Source of the DNA: Novosphingobium sp.
GTDB taxonomy: Bacteria > Pseudomonadota > Alphaproteobacteria > Sphingomonadales > Sphingomonadaceae
Reading direction: 5' to 3'
NCBI RefSeq assembly: GCF_024642085.1
Contig: NZ_JAHEBV010000007.1
Span: 28,740-92,739, forward strand
Length of the DNA stretch: 64,000 bases
In this document: one piece after another, positions 48,371-57,788 of the stretch
Layout: every line of letters starts with the position of its first letter
How positions within the stretch are numbered: position 1 is the first letter of the stretch
Made by a program: the position numbers and the translations under genes
Notes under the pieces: model-generated
The model's input: only the letters and a program-made list of their open reading frames with translations
Told to the model about the DNA's origin: nothing
The model's database searches: none

Positions 48371-48967
48371 GTGAACACGATCCCTGCCTTCACCCGCGCC
48401 GAACCCGATGCCCGCCGTGCCAGCCTGATCGCCGCCGCCGCGCAGGTACTGGCGCGTCACGGCGTCGCCGGCACCAGCGTGCGCGCAATCGCTGTTCAGG
48501 CGGGGGTATCGCCCGGTCTGGTCGGTCACTATTTTGACGGAATCGACGCGCTGATCGCGGAAACCTATGCGCATGTCGAAGCGCAAGTCGCCGCTGCCAT
48601 CGATGCTGCTGTGGCCAGCGCCGGACCGGACCCGCGCGCCCGGCTTGATGCCTTCGTTACCGCCAGCTTTGCTCCGCCCGTCGCCTCTCCCGACCTGCTC
48701 GCAACATGGATCGCGTTCTGGAGCCTGGTGCCTTCGCGTCCTGCCATCGCCGGCCAGCATGATGAGCAATACGCTCAGTTCCGCGCGCGGGTGGAAGGGC
48801 TGCTGGGCGATTGCGGACTTGCCCGCGAACGGCAGCGCCTTGCTGCCATCGCCATCACCGCACTGGTGGATGGATTGTGGCTGGAACTGTGCCTTTCCCC
48901 CCACGCCTTCAGCGCGCAAGAAGCGGGGGGAATCGCACGCGCAAACCTTGACGCGCTACTTCGATAG
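48371..48967 (+). CDS. TetR family repressor with BetI-type C-terminal domain
   Basis: HTH 'SVRAIAVQAGVSPGLVGHYF', 'WIAFWS', 'ALVDGLWLE'. GTG start. Confidence 0.9.
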   Translation: MNTIPAFTRAEPDARRASLIAAAAQVLARHGVAGTSVRAIAVQAGVSPGLVGHYFDGIDALIAETYAHVEAQVAAAIDAAVASAGPDPRARLDAFVTASFAPPVASPDLLATWIAFWSLVPSRPAIAGQHDEQYAQFRARVEGLLGDCGLARERQRLAAIAITALVDGLWLELCLSPHAFSAQEAGGIARANLDALLR

Positions 48968-50362
48968 GGCCGTGAACAGGCTGGTGTAATAAATCAGCGC
49001 CGGGCGCGTGTTGCGCAAGGCAATGCGTTCGTTAAGCCCGTGCGAGAAATCATCCGAATCCTTGGAAAACAGGGGGCTGGCGCCATAGCTTGGCACGCCG
49101 AGCGCGCGGAACCACATCGAATCGGATGCGCCCGATGCCTGCGAAGGAAACATCGGCGTCCCCGGCCATGCCTTGGCCAGCGCGGTTTGCGCCGCAGCGA
49201 TGAAATCCGGGCGCAGCGGCGACGCCGGCGATGCGATCGAATCCTCACCCGATACAGCCGTGACCTTCAGCCCCGGCATGGCCGCGATCTTTTCCAGCGC
49301 TGCGCGGATTTCCTCGCGACTGTGGCCGGGAAAAATGCGGCAATTGACGTTGGCGGTGACCCGCTGGGGCAGCGCATTCTGCGCATGGCCACCCGAAATC
49401 ATTGTGGGCACGCAGGTTGTTCCCACCTTGCCCACATAGGCCGGATTGGCGCGCAAGGTTTCCAGCGCCGCCGCGTCCTGGGGGTTGGCGGCAAAGGCGC
49501 GCATCGCCCCGGCCAGCGCGGGGTTTACCTCGAACCGGGCGGCCTGTTCGAAATAGGCCTTGGTCAGCGGGCTGAGTTCAGCCGGGAAGCGATAAGACCC
49601 GACCCGGTCCAGCGCCTGGGCGAGCTGGACGATGGCGTTGTCGGGCCGCGGGGCGGAACTGTGCCCGCCGGGATTGGTCATTTCCAGTTCGTAATCGTCG
49701 TAGGTCTTCTCGGCACCTTGCCAAGTCCAGTACAGCGGCTTTCCGCTTGTCTCATCAAAGGTGCCCCCGCCGCCGTCTATGTTGATTACCATTTCGGCAT
49801 TCTTCAACCGCTCGGCGATCAGCCGGCTGGTTTTCATCGTTGTTTCCTCGTCGCCCGAAAACTCAAGCACCACAGTCCGGCGCGGCCGGTAACCCGCCTG
49901 GCGCAAGGCAATCAGCGTGGCTGTGCCCAGCGCCGCATCGAACTTCATGTCGCTCGCCCCGCGGCCAAACAGGTAGCCGTTTTCAACCACCGGGGTGAAG
50001 GGATCGCGGGTCCAGTCCTTGGGATCGGCTGCGACCACGTCGATGTGCCCGGAAATGACCAGCGGCCCCAGCGAAGGGTCGCTGCCCGGCCAGGTCGCCA
50101 CCAGATAGGCCGTATCGTCGACCGGCACGATCTCGACATCCTTGTCCAGCCATCCCGCCTGGGTAAGCGCGGCCTTGACCACCTGCTGCGCCTCGGCCGT
50201 GCGGTTTTCCGGCCCGCGCACCGAGCGGATCGCGATCAGCCGCTTGGCCAGATCAAGCGTTTGCGCCTCGGCTTTCGTCAGGTCCGCAGCACGCTGACTG
50301 GCAACAGCGGGGCTGGCAGCAATGGCAAGGATCGGGATGAACGGCGCAATAATCTGACGCAT
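48956..50362 (-). CDS. Secreted M20/M25/M40 metallo-hydrolase
   Basis: Signal peptide, SGHIDVV, GRGASDMK, GDEE, GGHSSAP, GASDS, HGLNERI. Confidence 0.9.
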   Translation of the reverse strand: MRQIIAPFIPILAIAASPAVASQRAADLTKAEAQTLDLAKRLIAIRSVRGPENRTAEAQQVVKAALTQAGWLDKDVEIVPVDDTAYLVATWPGSDPSLGPLVISGHIDVVAADPKDWTRDPFTPVVENGYLFGRGASDMKFDAALGTATLIALRQAGYRPRRTVVLEFSGDEETTMKTSRLIAERLKNAEMVINIDGGGGTFDETSGKPLYWTWQGAEKTYDDYELEMTNPGGHSSAPRPDNAIVQLAQALDRVGSYRFPAELSPLTKAYFEQAARFEVNPALAGAMRAFAANPQDAAALETLRANPAYVGKVGTTCVPTMISGGHAQNALPQRVTANVNCRIFPGHSREEIRAALEKIAAMPGLKVTAVSGEDSIASPASPLRPDFIAAAQTALAKAWPGTPMFPSQASGASDSMWFRALGVPSYGASPLFSKDSDDFSHGLNERIALRNTRPALIYYTSLFTALSK

Positions 50363-50471
50363 GGCATTTCCTTGTGTCTAAAACCGTGTTCCAATTATTC
50401 GCTGGCTTAGCGAAGCATTTACTTATCCACGATATTTCGCCTCAGTAACAAAACAGGGGCGCGCGTTAATA

Positions 50472-52847
50472 ATGGTTAGCAGACAGGCCGTGCTGCGCAC
50501 CGCCGTAGCGCCCGAGTTGCGGGATTGGGTCGATAACCGACTCATCAGCGCACACATTCGAATCGTCAAGCCGATGGTTGCCGGCACACTTTTGAACGCG
50601 GCGGTGATCGTTGCCGCCCTGATCGGTCAGATCGGCGCACTGCATATCGCCATGTTCGCCGTTTCAAGCATCGCTGCCGCTTATCACCGCATGTGGCTCG
50701 CCGAAGGGATCGCCCGGGGACGCCGGCAGAAACGTCTGCACAAGATTGCTGCCGCCTTTGCCAGCAATACGGTCTGGATGGGGCTAAACATGGGCGTGCT
50801 GCTGGCGATCTGGCTGCCGGCAGTATCGACTGACACCCAGATCCTGCTGGCGATTTCGGCCACTACACAGATTGCTTCGGCGGCCTACACGGTTCGCACT
50901 CTGCCGCGTTCGGCCGCGGTCTATGTAGCCAGCCAGGCGCTTGGCCTGACCATGGGTCTGGCGCGCATGCCCACCCCCACGACGCTGGGTGCGATCGCGA
51001 TCCTGCTGGCCGCGAGCGCCTTGCTGATCCGCATGGCCTTTACCGCGCGGGACCTGTTCATCACCCGCATCCTGTCCGATCGCGAGCTGGCCGCAAGCGC
51101 CCGCACCGTGAAACTGCTGCTTAATGAATATGAGGAAAGCGGATCGGACCTGTTGTTCGAAACCGACCGCGACGGCCGGCTTGTGGGCGTTTCGCAGCGG
51201 CTCGCCGCGGCTATCGGACGACCGGCTGAGGAACTGGAAGGCGCGCTGCTGAGCGAAATATTGAAACGCGATGCCGCAATCGATGAATTGCAGGGTGCGA
51301 TTGCCGGCCGCAAGCGGATTACCGACCTTGTCGCCACCCTTGACGGGACCGACGGGCAATCACGCTGGTGGTCGATCACCGGGCGGCCGTGCTTCCCGGT
51401 TGACGGTGATCGGGCGGCTTTTCGGGGGGTCATCACCGACGTGACATCGCAGCGCATTGCCGAAGGGCGCGCCCAGCGCATGGCACAGTTCGATACGCTG
51501 ACCGGCTTGCCCAACCGGGCCAGCTTTGATCTGGCTCTTGAGCACGTACTGGCACAACGATGCCAGGATGATCAGGTGGCCCTGTTGCTGGTCGATATCG
51601 ATCACTTCAAGCATATCAACGATGTTCATGGCCACCCCGTTGGCGACGCATTGCTGCGTTTGCAGGCAGAAGCGATGGCAGGTTATGTCGAGGAAAGCGG
51701 GCTTGGCGGCATTGCGCCCGTGGTCGCCCGCCTGGGCGGCGACGAGTTCGCGATCATCGTGACCGGTGAGGACGCCTGCGACCATGCCGTGCGCCTTTCA
51801 GAGATTCTGATCGATGTGCTGTCCCAGCCGATCATGGTTGAAGGCCATGATCTGGCGGTAACGGTTTCGATCGGGGTTGCCCTGGCACCTTATCACTCCG
51901 ATCAGAAGCTGCAGCTGCAGTCCTATGCCGGGATCGCCCTGCACAGCGCCAAGCAAGGCGGCCGGGCAACATGGGAAATGTTCGAACCGGGCATGGACGC
52001 CGTGCTGCACGAACGTCACTCGCTGGCCCTGGACCTGCGTTATGCCGTGCCGCGCGGTGAATTGCGCCTGTTCATTCAGCCGCTGGTCGACGTGGCGAGC
52101 GAAGCGATGACCGGTTACGAGGCGCTGCTGCGCTGGCAGCACCCGACCCGCGGGCTGGTAGCGCCCGACACGTTTATCCCGATTGCCGAGGAAACCGGCC
52201 TGATCGTGCCAATCGGCGAATGGGTCATCCGTTCCGCCTTTGCCGAAGCGGCATCATGGGAAGGCGACCAGACCATCGCGATCAACCTGTCGGCCGTGCA
52301 GATCGCCAACGCCAACCTGCTGCCGGTGATCGTCAATGCCCTGGGCGAAACCGGCCTTGACCCTGCCCGCGTCGAGTTCGAAATTACCGAAAGCGTGCTG
52401 CTGCACAATTCGGAAGCCAATATCGAAGTGCTCAACCGCCTGCACAGCCTGGGTGTAAAGATTGCGCTGGACGATTTTGGCACCGGCTATGCATCACTTA
52501 CCTATTTGCTGACTTTCCCGTTCGACAAGATCAAGATCGATCGCCGCTTCATCTCGGAATTGTCAACGCGCGAGGAATCGCGGGCGATTGTCGGCGCAGT
52601 CATCGCGCTGGCCAACCAGCTGGGGATGTGCACCCTGGCCGAAGGGGTCGAGGAACCCGAACAGCTGGACGCGCTTCGCCAGCACGGCTGCCGCATGGTC
52701 CAGGGCTGGCTTTTCGGCAAGGCGCTGCCTTCAGAGGAATACCACCCGCGCCGTGAAATCGCGCTGGCCGCCCCTGCGCCGGTGCGCTTGCCCCGCACGC
52801 GCAAGGTCCGCATTGCGCAGACGTCTGCCCGCCGCGCGCGGGCCTGA
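50472..52847 (+). CDS. Membrane PAS-GGDEF-EAL diguanylate cyclase/phosphodiesterase
   Basis: N-terminal TMs, PAS, intact GGDEF, EALLRW, EITE, DDFGTG, KID, EGVE, QG. Confidence 0.93.
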   Translation: MVSRQAVLRTAVAPELRDWVDNRLISAHIRIVKPMVAGTLLNAAVIVAALIGQIGALHIAMFAVSSIAAAYHRMWLAEGIARGRRQKRLHKIAAAFASNTVWMGLNMGVLLAIWLPAVSTDTQILLAISATTQIASAAYTVRTLPRSAAVYVASQALGLTMGLARMPTPTTLGAIAILLAASALLIRMAFTARDLFITRILSDRELAASARTVKLLLNEYEESGSDLLFETDRDGRLVGVSQRLAAAIGRPAEELEGALLSEILKRDAAIDELQGAIAGRKRITDLVATLDGTDGQSRWWSITGRPCFPVDGDRAAFRGVITDVTSQRIAEGRAQRMAQFDTLTGLPNRASFDLALEHVLAQRCQDDQVALLLVDIDHFKHINDVHGHPVGDALLRLQAEAMAGYVEESGLGGIAPVVARLGGDEFAIIVTGEDACDHAVRLSEILIDVLSQPIMVEGHDLAVTVSIGVALAPYHSDQKLQLQSYAGIALHSAKQGGRATWEMFEPGMDAVLHERHSLALDLRYAVPRGELRLFIQPLVDVASEAMTGYEALLRWQHPTRGLVAPDTFIPIAEETGLIVPIGEWVIRSAFAEAASWEGDQTIAINLSAVQIANANLLPVIVNALGETGLDPARVEFEITESVLLHNSEANIEVLNRLHSLGVKIALDDFGTGYASLTYLLTFPFDKIKIDRRFISELSTREESRAIVGAVIALANQLGMCTLAEGVEEPEQLDALRQHGCRMVQGWLFGKALPSEEYHPRREIALAAPAPVRLPRTRKVRIAQTSARRARA

Positions 52848-52956
52848 ACCCGCTCCTGAATTGGTTTGCGCCGCACTGGCGCGCAGGTCCCGGCGCTGCT
52901 AATCAGCAGTTGCGTGAAGCGGCGGAAGGCCGGGTCATGCTCCGGGAGAATCGACG

Positions 52957-54396
52957 ATGACTTTCACAGCGGACCGCTTGCTGCTGTTCGGCGCGACCGG
53001 CGATCTTGCCCAGCGAATGCTGCTCCCTTCGCTGTGCGCGCTGCACGACGACAAGCTGATTGCGCCTGAACTGAAGATCATCGGAACGGCCCGGTCCGAC
53101 TACGACGACGACAGCTACCGCAGCTTTGCGCGCGAGGCGCTGAACAAGCACCTGCCCGATTTTCGCAAGGCTGCGATCGACAGTTTCCTGCCGCGGCTGT
53201 CCTACCAGACGCTCGACGCCAACGAGGCGGATCATTTTGCCGACCTGTCCGACGAGATCGGCACGATCGACAAGGGCATGGCGATTTTCCTGTCGACCGC
53301 GCCCAGCCTGTTCGAGCCGACCATTGCCGGGTTGACCCAAGCCGGGCTGACCGGCGACAAGGTCCGTATCGGGCTGGAAAAGCCGCTCGGTGACAGTCTG
53401 GCGTCCAGCCGCGAGATCAACGACGCGGTTGCCCGCGCCTTTCCCGAAGACCGGATTTTCCGCATCGACCACTACCTGGGCAAGGAAACCGTCCAGAACC
53501 TTTTGGCGCTGCGCTTTGCCAACATCCTGTTTGAACCGCTGTGGAACGCGGCCCATATCGACCACGTCCAGATCACCATCGCCGAGACCGTAGGGCTGGA
53601 AAGCCGCGTCAGTTATTATGACGGCGCCGGAGCGCTGCGCGACATGGTGCAGAACCACATGCTGCAATTGCTGGCGCTGGTGGCGATGGAACCGCCCGCA
53701 AACTATGATGCCACTGCAATCCGCGATGAGAAGGTGAAGGTGCTGCGCGCGCTGCGTCCGATCCATCTCAACGAATCGGTAACCGGCCAGTACCGCAAGG
53801 GCGCGATCGACGGCCAACCGGTGCCCGGCTATGACGATGAACTGGGCAAGGACAGCGACACCGAAACCTTTGTCGCGCTGAAGGCCCATGTCGACAACTG
53901 GCGCTGGAAAGGCGTGCCGTTTTACCTGCGCACGGGCAAGCGTCTGCCAGAACGCAAGACAGAAATCGTCGTCAATTTCCGCTGCATCCCGCATTCGATC
54001 TTTGCCTCGCGCGGCGCCAAGACGCAGCCCAATGCGCTGGTCATCGGAATCCAGCCCGAAGAAAACGTGCAGCTGCAATTGATGTCCAAAGTGCCAGGCC
54101 TTGATCGCGAAGGCATCCGCCTGCGCGCGGTTCCGCTCAACATCACGATGCCCGATGCCTTTGCCGGTCCAAAAAAGCGGATCGCCTATGAGCGCCTGCT
54201 GCTTGATCTGATCGAGGGCGACCAAACCCTGTTCGTGCGCCGCGACGAGGTTGAGGCCCAGTGGAACTGGATCGACGAAGTGCGCGCGACCTGGGCCGAA
54301 CACAGCCACAAGCCCAAACCCTATTCGGCCGGCAACTGGGGCCCATCGGCTGCCATCGCCCTGGCCGAACGCGATGGAGTGACCTGGCATGACTAA
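52957..54396 (+). CDS. zwf: Glucose-6-phosphate dehydrogenase
   Basis: [39 protein letters not shown]. Confidence 0.98.
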   Translation: MTFTADRLLLFGATGDLAQRMLLPSLCALHDDKLIAPELKIIGTARSDYDDDSYRSFAREALNKHLPDFRKAAIDSFLPRLSYQTLDANEADHFADLSDEIGTIDKGMAIFLSTAPSLFEPTIAGLTQAGLTGDKVRIGLEKPLGDSLASSREINDAVARAFPEDRIFRIDHYLGKETVQNLLALRFANILFEPLWNAAHIDHVQITIAETVGLESRVSYYDGAGALRDMVQNHMLQLLALVAMEPPANYDATAIRDEKVKVLRALRPIHLNESVTGQYRKGAIDGQPVPGYDDELGKDSDTETFVALKAHVDNWRWKGVPFYLRTGKRLPERKTEIVVNFRCIPHSIFASRGAKTQPNALVIGIQPEENVQLQLMSKVPGLDREGIRLRAVPLNITMPDAFAGPKKRIAYERLLLDLIEGDQTLFVRRDEVEAQWNWIDEVRATWAEHSHKPKPYSAGNWGPSAAIALAERDGVTWHD

Positions 54397-56203
54397 GCTT
54401 CATCCGGTGGTCGAACGCGTTACCGACCGGATCATCGACCGGTCGAAAGACGGCCGCCGCCGTTACCTTGACCTGATGGACCGCGAGGCGGAACGCTTTC
54501 CCGGACGCGGCGCACTGTCGTGCTCCAACCTGGCCCACGGTTTTGCCGCATCGGAAGGCGACAAGCCGGCAATTGCCAGTGGACGCGGCGCTAACCTGGC
54601 GATTGTCACCGCCTACAATGACATGCTGTCGGCGCATCAGCCCTATGCCCGCTATCCCGATGCGATGAAGCTTTACGCGCGCGAAGTCGGCGCCACCGCG
54701 CAGGTTGCCGGCGGCGTGCCGGCAATGTGCGATGGGGTTACCCAAGGGCAGGACGGCATGGAACTGTCGCTGTTCAGCCGCGACACGATTGCCTTGTCTG
54801 CGGCCATCGCGATGAGCCACGCGATGTTTGACGGCATGGCCTTGCTGGGCATTTGCGACAAGATCGTTCCCGGCCTGGTGATCGGGGCGCTGCGTTTTGG
54901 CCACTTGCCGGCGATCTTTGTTCCGTCCGGTCCGATGCCGTCGGGATTGGCCAACCGCGAAAAGCAGAAAGTCCGCCAGCTCTATGCCGAAGGCAAGGCC
55001 ACCCGCGCAGACCTGCTGGCCAGCGAAAGCGCCAGCTACCATTCGGCCGGGACCTGCACGTTTTATGGCACCGCCAATTCCAACCAGATGATGATGGAAA
55101 TGATGGGGCTGCATGTGCCGGGCGCTTCGTTCATTCCGCCTGGCACCCCGCTGCGGTCGGCTTTGACGCGAGAGGCGGTGCAGCGTCTGACCCGGATCGG
55201 GCGGGGCAGCGACGATTACCGCCCGATGGGCCGGGTGGTTGATGAAAAGGCTATCGTCAACGCGGTAGTCGGCCTGCTCGCCACCGGCGGATCGACCAAC
55301 CACGCGATTCATCTGCCCGCTATGGCCCGGGCGGCGGGCATCCGGCTGGACTGGCAGGACATCGATGAACTGAGCGCCGCCGTACCCCTGATTGCGCGGG
55401 TCTATCCCAACGGCGCGGGCGATGTGAACCATTTCCACGCCGCCGGCGGCATGGGCTTTGTCGTGCGCGAATTGCTGGATGCAGGGCTGGCCCACGCAGA
55501 TGTGCTGACCGTGGCAGAAGGCGGCATGGCTGCCTATGCCCAGGAACCGCACCTTGATGGCGATGCCCTGGTCTGGCGGCCTGCACCGATGCAAAGCGGC
55601 GATGATGCAATGCTTCGTCCGGTGGAAGGCGCGTTCCTGCCCGATGGCGGGATGCGGCTGGTCAAAGGCAATCTGGGCCGTGCAACGTTCAAGACCAGCG
55701 CGGTCGACGCAGCCCGCTGGACCATTGAGGCACCGTGCCGGGTGTTCGAAACGCAGGAAGCCGTGCAGGCCGCATTCAAGGCCGGAGAGCTTGAGCGCGA
55801 TGTCATCGTTGTCGTCCGGTTCCAGGGACCGCGGGCCAACGGCATGCCCGAACTGCACAAGCTGACACCGCCGCTGGGGGTGCTGCAGGACCGCGGCTTC
55901 AAGGTCGCGCTGGTCACCGACGGACGCATGTCTGGCGCGTCGGGCAAAGTGCCGGCCGCGATCCATGTCACGCCAGAGGCACTGGGCGGCGGCGCGCTCG
56001 CGCGGCTGCGGGATGGCGACGTGATCAGACTGTGCGGTCATGACGGCACGCTCGAGGTCAAGGCCGATCTGGCGGGCCGCGTCGCGGCGCAGGCTCCGCG
56101 CGAAGACATGGGCATGGGCCGTGAACTGTTTGCCATGCTGCGCCGACACGCCGACGGCGCGGAACAGGGCGGATCGGCCATGCTGGCGGAGGCAGGACTA
56201 TGA
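54389..56203 (+). CDS. edd: Phosphogluconate dehydratase
   Basis: [47 protein letters not shown]. Confidence 0.98.
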   Translation: MTKLHPVVERVTDRIIDRSKDGRRRYLDLMDREAERFPGRGALSCSNLAHGFAASEGDKPAIASGRGANLAIVTAYNDMLSAHQPYARYPDAMKLYAREVGATAQVAGGVPAMCDGVTQGQDGMELSLFSRDTIALSAAIAMSHAMFDGMALLGICDKIVPGLVIGALRFGHLPAIFVPSGPMPSGLANREKQKVRQLYAEGKATRADLLASESASYHSAGTCTFYGTANSNQMMMEMMGLHVPGASFIPPGTPLRSALTREAVQRLTRIGRGSDDYRPMGRVVDEKAIVNAVVGLLATGGSTNHAIHLPAMARAAGIRLDWQDIDELSAAVPLIARVYPNGAGDVNHFHAAGGMGFVVRELLDAGLAHADVLTVAEGGMAAYAQEPHLDGDALVWRPAPMQSGDDAMLRPVEGAFLPDGGMRLVKGNLGRATFKTSAVDAARWTIEAPCRVFETQEAVQAAFKAGELERDVIVVVRFQGPRANGMPELHKLTPPLGVLQDRGFKVALVTDGRMSGASGKVPAAIHVTPEALGGGALARLRDGDVIRLCGHDGTLEVKADLAGRVAAQAPREDMGMGRELFAMLRRHADGAEQGGSAMLAEAGL

Positions 56204-57177
56204 CCACGGCGCTTGTCACGGTCGACATTGGCGGCACCCATGCGCGATTTGCGCTGGCCAGCATCGCGGAAAACGGCGCAATCACGCTGGGCGAACCGGT
56301 TACGCTTCACACCAGCGAACATGCCAGCTTCCAGACCGCGTGGGAACATTTCGCCCAGATCCAGGGCGGCAAGCTACCCCTGGCAGTGGCGATTGCCATT
56401 GCCGGGCCGGTCGGCGGCGAAGTGATCCGCTTTACCAACAACCCATGGGTGATCCGCCCGGCACTGATCCCCGAAAAGCTGGGCGCTGACCGCTATACCG
56501 TGATCAACGATTTCGGCGCGGTCGGCCATGCGGTGGCGCGGGCCGATGCCGACCATTTCCTGCATCTGGCCGGACCTGACGAGGCCCTGCCAACGGCCGG
56601 CACGATCAGCATTGTGGGGCCCGGCACCGGGCTTGGCGTCGCGCATATCTGGCGCGACGGCGCGGGCGGCTATCGCGTCCAGGCGACCGAGGGCGGGCAT
56701 ATCGACTATGCCCCTGTCGACACCATCGAAGACGCGATCCTGGCCCGGCTGCGGCTGCGCTATCGCCGCGTGTCGGCCGAACGCGTCGTCTCCGGGCCCG
56801 GCCTGGTCGATATCTACGAGGCACTGGCCCAGATGGAAGGCCGCGCAATCCAGCAGATTGACGACCGCACGCTGTGGCAGCTTGGCACCAGCGGCGAAGA
56901 CAGCCTGGCGGCCGCCGCGGTTGACCGGTTCTGCCTGTCGCTTGGCTCGTTCGCCGGCGACGTGGCCCTGGCGCAAGGGGCGGGCGCAGTCGTCATCGCG
57001 GGCGGTCTGGGCCTGCGCATCAAGGATACGCTGCTCAGCTCCGGCTTTGCCAACCGGTTCATCGCCAAGGGGCGCTTTGAAGGCCTGATGGCCGCGCTTC
57101 CCGTGCGCCTGATCACCCATCCGCAGCCGGGCCTGTTCGGTGCCGCCGCTGCCTTTGCCAAGGAACACCTGTCGTGA
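56200..57177 (+). CDS. glk: Glucokinase
   Basis: [35 protein letters not shown]. Confidence 0.97.
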   Translation: MTTALVTVDIGGTHARFALASIAENGAITLGEPVTLHTSEHASFQTAWEHFAQIQGGKLPLAVAIAIAGPVGGEVIRFTNNPWVIRPALIPEKLGADRYTVINDFGAVGHAVARADADHFLHLAGPDEALPTAGTISIVGPGTGLGVAHIWRDGAGGYRVQATEGGHIDYAPVDTIEDAILARLRLRYRRVSAERVVSGPGLVDIYEALAQMEGRAIQQIDDRTLWQLGTSGEDSLAAAAVDRFCLSLGSFAGDVALAQGAGAVVIAGGLGLRIKDTLLSSGFANRFIAKGRFEGLMAALPVRLITHPQPGLFGAAAAFAKEHLS

Positions 57178-57788
57178 GCCCAATCGAAGCCATCATGCGC
57201 AAGGCGCCAGTCATTCCGGTGCTGGTGATCGACAATGTTGCCCACGCCCGCCCGATTGCCGAAGCCTTGGTTGCCGGCGGCCTGCCGGTGCTGGAAGTGA
57301 CCCTGCGCACCGCCGACGCGCTCGACGTGATCCGCGAAATGAAGCAGGTCCACGGTGCGATTGTTGGCGCAGGAACGGTGCTCAACCCCCACGCTCTTGA
57401 AGATGCCCTCAACGCCGGGAGCGAGTTCATTGTCTCGCCCGGGCTGACCGACGGCCTGGCCAAGGCCGCGATTGCTGCCGGGGTACCCTTTCTGCCCGGC
57501 ACGGCGACATCGTCTGACATCATGCGCGGGCTCGACCTGGGGCTGGACCGGTTCAAGTTCTTTCCGGCCGAAGCCAACGGCGGCATTCCGGCGCTGAAAG
57601 CGATCGCCGCCCCGTTCGGCGCGGTACGGTTCTGCCCGACGGGCGGGATCACGGCGGCATCCGCGTCTGATTGGCTGGCGCTTGATGCGGTGCTGTGCTG
57701 CGGGGGATCATGGATCGTGCCAAAGGGTCCGCCCGATGTCGCTGCGATCACGGCCGCGGCCCGTGCAGCGGCGGCTCTGGCGCAGTGA
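57174..57788 (+). CDS. eda: KDPG/KHG aldolase
   Basis: PVIPV, EVTLRT, GAGTV, KFFPAE, FCPTGGI. Confidence 0.97.
   Translation: MSPIEAIMRKAPVIPVLVIDNVAHARPIAEALVAGGLPVLEVTLRTADALDVIREMKQVHGAIVGAGTVLNPHALEDALNAGSEFIVSPGLTDGLAKAAIAAGVPFLPGTATSSDIMRGLDLGLDRFKFFPAEANGGIPALKAIAAPFGAVRFCPTGGITAASASDWLALDAVLCCGGSWIVPKGPPDVAAITAAARAAAALAQ

Noticed and set aside
50420-50428. TTATCCACG, a DnaA-box-like 9-mer upstream of the GGDEF-EAL gene
   Set aside because: Single site with one mismatch; expected by chance in 64 kb.
54143-56149. Long antisense ORFs (668 aa opposite edd; also 25277-26659, 52903-54390, 49040-50410, 58838-60250, 12311-13465)
   Set aside because: Shadow frames of real high-GC genes; no domain motifs.
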